64,000 bases of DNA from Candidatus Eiseniibacteriota bacterium (GTDB lineage Bacteria > Eisenbacteria > RBG-16-71-46), in assembly GCA_963744995.1 (NCBI GenBank), contig CAVUWA010000009.1:1-64000 (forward strand), in the 5' to 3' direction. The notes under the pieces were generated by a model. It was given only the letters and a program-made list of their open reading frames with translations. It made no database searches and had not been told where the DNA came from. A program made the translations under genes and the position numbers. Positions 58,313-64,000 of the stretch are shown one piece after another (position 1 is the stretch's first letter; the number at the start of each line of letters is the position of its first letter).

Positions 58313-60499
58313 GTGACATCCGCTCCCGCATCCGTGCCGTCGCCCCCTTCCCCGACCCCGGCGCGCAAGGGCCGCCCGCGCCGCGCCGCCGCCCCGCCGG
58401 CCCGGCGCGCGGCCGCCGCGCTGGCCGTGCTGGCGTTCGCCTGGGCGCCGCGCGTCTGGGCCGCGCCACTTCCGGCGACGCCGGTGCTCTCGTTCGCGGG
58501 CATCGAGCGGCTGGACGGCAGCGTCACGGCGGAGGCCGCCAGCCCGCGGCGCTTCCGCGAGGTCCTGGACGAGCTGCAGCGCGCGGGCGGCAGCCGGGCC
58601 TGGCCCGCCGCGCGCGCCCGCGACTTCGCGCGACCGGGACGCCCGGGCGAGATCCGCCTGGGGCTGATCGACGTCGCCTACGGGCTCGAGCGCAGGGGCG
58701 GCGGCGTGGACGTGGTGAAGGCCGCCGGTGCAGGCGCCGCGCGTCGCGCGTTCGTGTTCGCGCCGCTCGAAGCCCGCACCTATCGCGGCGGCGATCTGGT
58801 CTTCAGGCTCGATCCGCGCGACGTGATCCGCGATCGCGCGGACGCCGCGCAGGGGCTCGAATTCGATGCGGACGACGGGCTCGGCTACCGGCCGCTGGTC
58901 CCCGGGGAGGCGGTGCGCGTGCGCTACCGGGCGACCGGCACCGTGACGCTGCGCCTGCGGGCGAATGGTGCGGACGGCCCGCGCTACGCATCGGCCACGC
59001 TCGTGGTCGGCGCGCTCGCTACGCCCTCGCCGGACGACACGCTGTTCGCGACCGGCCAGCCGTTCGCGGGCGGCAACGCCACCGGCAGCGGCTACGTCTA
59101 TCTCGCGCCCGGTCATACCGAGCCGGTCAATCCGGTGGTGGTGGTCGAGGGCTTCGATCTCGACAACTCGCTCGGCTGGGACGAGCTCTACGCGCTGCTG
59201 GATCAGCAGAACCTGATCGAGGACCTGCGCGGCGAGGGCTTCGATCTCGTCGTGCTCGACTTCACCGATGCCACCGACTACGTCGAACGCAACGCTTTCG
59301 TGCTGGTGGATCTGCTGGATCAGGTGCGCGCCACGCTGCCGCCCGGAGCCACGATCGCCCTCGTCGGCGCCAGCATGGGCGGGCTGGTCGGTCGCTACGC
59401 GCTCGCGTGGATGGAAGCGCAGGCGCTGCCGCACGACGTGCGCACGTTCATCTCGTTCGACGGGCCGCAGCAGGGCGCCGACATTCCGCTCGGCATCCAG
59501 TACTGGTTCGATTTCTTCGCCGATCAGTCCGCGGACGCGATGGCGCTGCGCGACGTGCTCAACTCGCCCGCCGCGCGTGAAATGCTGGTCTACCACTACA
59601 CCACCCCGGCGGGGAGCACCGGCGAGCCCGATCCGCTGCGCACCGCGTTCGACGCCGATCTCGCCGGGCTCGGCTACCCGTCGCAGTGCCGCAACGTGGC
59701 GGTGGCGAACGGCAGCGGGCTCGGGCTCTCGCAGGGTTTCGGGCCGGCCACGCAGATCGTCCAGTGGGACTACGACATCAGTATCGTCACGATCCACGGC
59801 AACGTGTGGTCGGTTCCCGACGGCTCGCTTGCACAGATCTTCCAGGGCCGTCTGTATGCGATCTTCACCTACAACCTCACGCAGAACGTCTCCGTCTCGG
59901 GCACGCTGCCCTACGACGGCGCGCCGGGCGGATCCCGCAACTCGATGGCGCAGATGGATTCGACCGCCGCGCCCTACGGCGACATCGTGGCCCTCTACGA
60001 CAGCCACTGTTTCATCCCGACCGTGAGCGCGCTCGACTTCGACACGCCGGACCTGTTCCACGACGTGCTCGACGACCCGAACGCGCTGGCTTCCACGCCG
60101 TTCGACGCGATCTACGTGCCGGATTCCAACCAGGCCCACACCACGATCACCCCGCAGAACGCGGTGTGGTTCAAGGACGAGATCGGAGCGGGGGTCGTGG
60201 CGGTCGAGCCGGGTGGCAGCGGCATCGCCCCGGCGCTCGCCGCGGCCCCGAACCCGTTCGCCGGCACGCTGAGGATCCGCTACACACTGTCGCTCGCGGG
60301 CGCGGTGCGGCTCGCGGTCTACGGCGTGGACGGTCGGCGCATCGCGACGCTCGAGGACGGCATGCGCACCGCGGGGCCGCATGCGGCGGTGTGGAGCGGC
60401 CTGGACGGCGCGGGCCGGCCCGCCCCGCCGGGGATGTACTTCGTGCGGCTCGATGCATCCGGCATCTCGCGCACGGTGAGGACGCTGCGGCTGCGGTGA
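58313..60499 (+). CDS. Secreted alpha/beta-hydrolase (lipase/esterase-like) with C-terminal FlgD/T9SS-type sorting domain
   Basis: AGGAGG before GTG 58313, signal-like segment, VVEGFD, GASMGG nucleophile elbow, APNPF..VYGVDGRRI..W.G..GMYFVRL. Confidence 0.8.
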   Translation: MTSAPASVPSPPSPTPARKGRPRRAAAPPARRAAAALAVLAFAWAPRVWAAPLPATPVLSFAGIERLDGSVTAEAASPRRFREVLDELQRAGGSRAWPAARARDFARPGRPGEIRLGLIDVAYGLERRGGGVDVVKAAGAGAARRAFVFAPLEARTYRGGDLVFRLDPRDVIRDRADAAQGLEFDADDGLGYRPLVPGEAVRVRYRATGTVTLRLRANGADGPRYASATLVVGALATPSPDDTLFATGQPFAGGNATGSGYVYLAPGHTEPVNPVVVVEGFDLDNSLGWDELYALLDQQNLIEDLRGEGFDLVVLDFTDATDYVERNAFVLVDLLDQVRATLPPGATIALVGASMGGLVGRYALAWMEAQALPHDVRTFISFDGPQQGADIPLGIQYWFDFFADQSADAMALRDVLNSPAAREMLVYHYTTPAGSTGEPDPLRTAFDADLAGLGYPSQCRNVAVANGSGLGLSQGFGPATQIVQWDYDISIVTIHGNVWSVPDGSLAQIFQGRLYAIFTYNLTQNVSVSGTLPYDGAPGGSRNSMAQMDSTAAPYGDIVALYDSHCFIPTVSALDFDTPDLFHDVLDDPNALASTPFDAIYVPDSNQAHTTITPQNAVWFKDEIGAGVVAVEPGGSGIAPALAAAPNPFAGTLRIRYTLSLAGAVRLAVYGVDGRRIATLEDGMRTAGPHAAVWSGLDGAGRPAPPGMYFVRLDASGISRTVRTLRLR

Positions 60500-60629
60500 G
60501 CACCGGGTGCGGCCGCGCGGTCGCAGCCACGGCCGTCCCGCGCCGCCCGGGCGGGGGCGCGTTGCGCCGCTCGCGCGGCTCCACTAACGTCGGTGGCGTA
60601 CGTTTCTTCACCCATGACGGAGAGCCTTC

Positions 60630-61079
60630 ATGAATCCCTCGCCGCGCCCCGAAGCCTTCATCACCCGGCCGCCGCACAAGTGTCTGTTCCTGTGCACGCA
60701 CAACGCTTCCCGCAGCCAGATGGCGGAGGGCTTCGCGCGCGCGATCGCGCCGCAGCAGGTCGAGATCTGGAGCGCCGGCACCGAGCCGTCACGGGTGCAC
60801 CCGCTGGCGATCGAGGTGATGCGGGAAGTCGGGATCGAGCTCGGTTCGCATCGCTCGAAGACGATCGACGAGGTGCCGTGGCAGGAGATGGACACCGTCG
60901 TCACGCTGTGCGGTGACGCCGACGAGAAGTGCCCGACGCTGGGCGCGGCGGTGCGGCGCGTGCACTGGCCGCTGCCGGATCCGTCGATCGCCCCGGAGGC
61001 CGGGCGCCTCGACGCCTTCCGCGAGGCACGCGAGGAGATCCACTGGCGGGTCGCCTCGCTGTGGCCGCGAGGCGACTAG
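60630..61079 (+). CDS. arsC: Arsenate reductase (thioredoxin-dependent, LMW-PTP fold)
   Basis: FLCTHNASRSQMAEG P-loop, SAGT, TLCGDADEKCP resolving cysteines, HWPLPDP. Confidence 0.85.
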   Translation: MNPSPRPEAFITRPPHKCLFLCTHNASRSQMAEGFARAIAPQQVEIWSAGTEPSRVHPLAIEVMREVGIELGSHRSKTIDEVPWQEMDTVVTLCGDADEKCPTLGAAVRRVHWPLPDPSIAPEAGRLDAFREAREEIHWRVASLWPRGD

Positions 61080-62791
61080 GGACCTCCCGGCGCGTCGGGG
61101 CGACTCGAAGCGGGGTCGCGTGCAGCCGGGCGGCGTCGCGCGCCGGCGCGAGCCAGCGAGTCGGCCGCGGCGCGGCGGCCCTGAGCGACCAGCGCCCGCA
61201 TCTGACCCGACAGCGCGCCGGGGACCGTGTCGTTGATCGCCCGCACCCGGATGAACGTGCTCTCCGCGGCGCTCCAGCGCCCGGCCGTCATGAGGATCTC
61301 CGCCTGGCGCATGAGCGCCTGTGGCCCGCTGCCCCAGCGTTCGAGCCAGCCGCGCTGCTCGAACCGAAAGCACTCGACGTCTTCCCAGTCCGCCGGGATC
61401 CGCGTGGCGAAGCCGCGATAGACGAGCCCGGGTACGAACAGACGAAGCGTGGTGCCGTCGTGCATGGCGGCTTCGAGGGCCCAGTACGAGACGCGCCGGC
61501 CGCGACCGCTCACGGTCCCGGCGAGGAGATCGACATGGCGACCGGGAACGGGGTTCACGAATCCGACGGCGGTTCCAGGGCGGAGGTCGGCCTCGCGGAG
61601 CGCGGGAATCGCGTGGCCGAGGAGCAGCGCCTCACGCATCGTGCGATCGACCGGAAGCGCGTTGCGCGTCGCCGTCTCACGGGCGTGGACGTTGCGGATC
61701 TCGATTCCCACGAGGAGCGCGAGCGCCGCCACGGCGGTGAGCCGCGCGCCACGGGCCGGACGTCGCTCCAGCCAGCCCGTGGCGACGGCCGTCACCGCGA
61801 TGGCACCACCGATCCACGGGATGTAGAGGTAGTAGAGATACGTGTGGGAAACGAGCGGCAGCACGGGGGCCAGGAACACCGTGAACCACACGGCCCCGGC
61901 CACGGCCGGGAAGCGTGACGGCGCTCGCACCCCGCGCATGCTGCCGAAGAACAGGATCAGGGCCGCGCCGGCCGCCGGCCAGACCGCGGGCTGCACGGCC
62001 GCCACCCGATCGCGAATCGGCTCCCACAATGCGACGCACCATCCCACGTAGGTCATGAAGTTTCCGAACAGCACCGGCGGTGCCGCCGAGACGCCGTAGG
62101 CGGAGGAGTCGGCCAGTCGGGCCAGGTGGCCCGACGTGGCCAGGGCGACGACGAACGCCACCGTCGCCGCGACGGCGGGAAGGGTCGCCTCGACCCGCAT
62201 GCGCCCGCGCCGGCGACGGAACTCGAACCACAGAATGAAGGCCGGCCACGCCGCCGCCGTTTCCTTGGCCAGCATGGCGGCCAGCGCGAGCCCGGCCGCG
62301 CCCCATCGCCAGCGCGCGCCCCGCCGAGCGGACTCCAGGTGCACGAGCGTCGCGGCGAGGAGCAGTGCGCCGGCGAGCAGTTCGATGACGCCGCTCGCCC
62401 AGTGCAGCGGCGTGAAGGCGATCGACGCGCATCCGAACAGCACGGCGGCGGCGCACGCGGCGCCGCGGTTCCCGAGCCAGCGCACGGCCAGCAGGTACAC
62501 GCCGACCACGTTGAGCGCGTGCAGCGCGAGATTCACGAGGTGGTAGCCGAGCGGGTCGAGCCCGAACAGCCGGTACTGGAGCCAGAACGACAGGCCCTCG
62601 GAGAGCGGCCGGTAGGCCCCGTTCCAGGGCGCGTCCCCCGCGGCCCGGGAGAGGTGGACGATGTCGTCGCCCGAGAAGAAGGTCCAGGGGGCCTGCCTGA
62701 ACGTGGTGACCGCGAGGGCGACGGCGAGCGCGACCCACGCCTCGTGCGGCCGCCGGCGGGCGGGCGTGGCGACGTTCGGAGCCCCGGACAT
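61076..62791 (-). CDS. Polytopic membrane protein, GT-C / protein O-mannosyltransferase-like, with short TPR-like C-terminus
   Basis: FFSGDD, YRPLS, GYHLVNLALHALN, AMLAKE, YYLYIP, about 11 hydrophobic segments. Confidence 0.65.
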   Translation of the reverse strand: MSGAPNVATPARRRPHEAWVALAVALAVTTFRQAPWTFFSGDDIVHLSRAAGDAPWNGAYRPLSEGLSFWLQYRLFGLDPLGYHLVNLALHALNVVGVYLLAVRWLGNRGAACAAAVLFGCASIAFTPLHWASGVIELLAGALLLAATLVHLESARRGARWRWGAAGLALAAMLAKETAAAWPAFILWFEFRRRRGRMRVEATLPAVAATVAFVVALATSGHLARLADSSAYGVSAAPPVLFGNFMTYVGWCVALWEPIRDRVAAVQPAVWPAAGAALILFFGSMRGVRAPSRFPAVAGAVWFTVFLAPVLPLVSHTYLYYLYIPWIGGAIAVTAVATGWLERRPARGARLTAVAALALLVGIEIRNVHARETATRNALPVDRTMREALLLGHAIPALREADLRPGTAVGFVNPVPGRHVDLLAGTVSGRGRRVSYWALEAAMHDGTTLRLFVPGLVYRGFATRIPADWEDVECFRFEQRGWLERWGSGPQALMRQAEILMTAGRWSAAESTFIRVRAINDTVPGALSGQMRALVAQGRRAAADSLARAGARRRPAARDPASSRPDAPGGP

Positions 62792-62818
62792 GCGGGCCGC
62801 GTGAACGGCCGCTCCCCG

Positions 62819-63865
62819 TTACGCCGGCGCGCGTGCCGAACGGCGGTCGGCGGCCAGCTCGGGATGGCGGCCGCTCATGAAGGACTCGCACTCGGCGACG
62901 TCCTCGGCGCTGCCGATCACGAGCGGCGTGCGCTGGTGCAGCGCGGTCGGCGTCAGATCCATGATGCGCTGCTTGCCGTTGGTGGCTGCGCCGCCGGCCT
63001 GCTCGACGATGAACGCGAGCGGCGCCGCCTCGTACAGCACGCGCAGCTTGCCGTTCGGATTCCTGCGGTCGGCCGGGTACATGTAGATTCCGCCGTACAT
63101 CAGGTTGCGATGGAAGTCCGCGACCAGCGAGCCCACGTAACGCGCGCTGTATGGATGGCCATCGTGCCCGTTCTCCTGTTTGAGCCAGTCGACGTAACGC
63201 TTCACGCCTTCGTCCCAGCGGAAGTAGTTGCCCTCGTTCACGCTGTAGATGCGGCCGCGTGACGGGGTGCGGATGTCGCGGTGCGAGAGCAGGAACTCGC
63301 CGAGACTCGGCTCGAAGGTGAAGCCGTGCACGCCGTGGCCGGTGGTATAGACCAGCATCGTGCTCGAGCCGTACATCACGTAGCCCGCGCACAGCTGACG
63401 GTGCCCGGGCTGGATCGCGTCGGCCTCGGTGCCCCTCCCGCCGGTGGACACGCGGCGCAGTACCGAGAAAATCGTGCCGATGTTGACGTTCGCGCTGATG
63501 TTCGACGAGCCGTCGAGCGGATCGAAGTTGACGACGTAGTTGCCGAGCGGCTGGTCCTCGGGCACCTGGATGACGTTCTCGTCCTCTTCGGAGGCGAGCA
63601 CCGCCAGCTGCCCCGTCGTGCCGAGCACCTGATAGAGCACCTCGTGCGCGAAGATGTCGAGCTTCTGCACGCGCTCGCCCTGCACGTTCTCGGCGCCGGT
63701 GTAGCCGAGCACGTCCACCAGCCCGGCGCGGGTCACGGCGCGGTTGATCGTCTTCGCCGCGAGCGCGATGTCGAGCAGCAGGCTCGTGAACTCGCCGGTG
63801 GCTTCGGGGTGGAGTCTCTCCTGCTGGAGCAGGAACTGCGACAGCGTGACATTGCGGGCCGGCAT
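62819..63865 (-). CDS. fbp: Class 1 fructose-1,6-bisphosphatase
   Basis: NVQGERVQKLD, SEE, FDPLDGSSN, YSVNEGN, RYVGSLVADFHR, GKLRVLYE. Confidence 0.96.
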   Translation of the reverse strand: MPARNVTLSQFLLQQERLHPEATGEFTSLLLDIALAAKTINRAVTRAGLVDVLGYTGAENVQGERVQKLDIFAHEVLYQVLGTTGQLAVLASEEDENVIQVPEDQPLGNYVVNFDPLDGSSNISANVNIGTIFSVLRRVSTGGRGTEADAIQPGHRQLCAGYVMYGSSTMLVYTTGHGVHGFTFEPSLGEFLLSHRDIRTPSRGRIYSVNEGNYFRWDEGVKRYVDWLKQENGHDGHPYSARYVGSLVADFHRNLMYGGIYMYPADRRNPNGKLRVLYEAAPLAFIVEQAGGAATNGKQRIMDLTPTALHQRTPLVIGSAEDVAECESFMSGRHPELAADRRSARAPA

Positions 63866-64000
63866 GTCCGCCTCCAGGGCCTGGGTTCGCGACCGGCGGA
63901 AGGTCGGGGCGGCCGCCGCCGGCGCCCGCCCCGCTCCGCTCAGTCGGAAAGTCCGCTCACGTCCTCTGGTCCGCGTCCGGCGCCCACCGCCGCCCGGGCG

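Noticed and set aside
63940..64000. Possible 3' end of a minus-strand gene at the window edge (and a + strand gene end at 1-35)
   Set aside because: Too little sequence to support a call.

Overview
A 64 kb, very GC-rich chromosomal window from a diderm bacterium. The PorV-family barrel, TonB-dependent receptor, T9SS/FlgD-type C-terminal sorting domains, GWxTD protein and Cys-type CcmE point to the FCB superphylum, plausibly Candidatus Eisenbacteria or a relative (inference). No mobile elements, CRISPR arrays, tRNAs or rRNAs were seen. Housekeeping blocks: prsK-prsR, deoxynucleoside kinase, ileS, gdhA, mreBCD-mrdA-rodA-lgt-aroE-comF-rarA, mrp-iscS-pdxST-nrnA-ccmABCDEF, dinB, arsC and fbp. A large cell-surface region (8-33 kb) holds a minor-pilin operon with a 989-aa pilin-adhesin fusion, an M6 protease, GWxTD-NlpC/P60, an outer-membrane barrel, and a six-gene run: barrel, two lipoproteins, TonB-dependent receptor, large T9SS-type cargo, PorV paralog. 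The most notable observations are: (1) this receptor/cargo/PorV module; (2) the giant SdrD-B/FG-GAP pilin; (3) a complete Ile T-box riboswitch upstream of ileS; (4) an unannotated sigma-54-driven small RNA candidate at about 33.0-33.1 kb and a 6S-like RNA candidate at about 3.8-3.9 kb; (5) a radical SAM / degenerate metallophosphoesterase / two-redoxin operon; (6) several genes that appear to start at CTG; (7) two single-base frameshifts in homopolymers. All family calls come from motif recognition by eye, not database searches.
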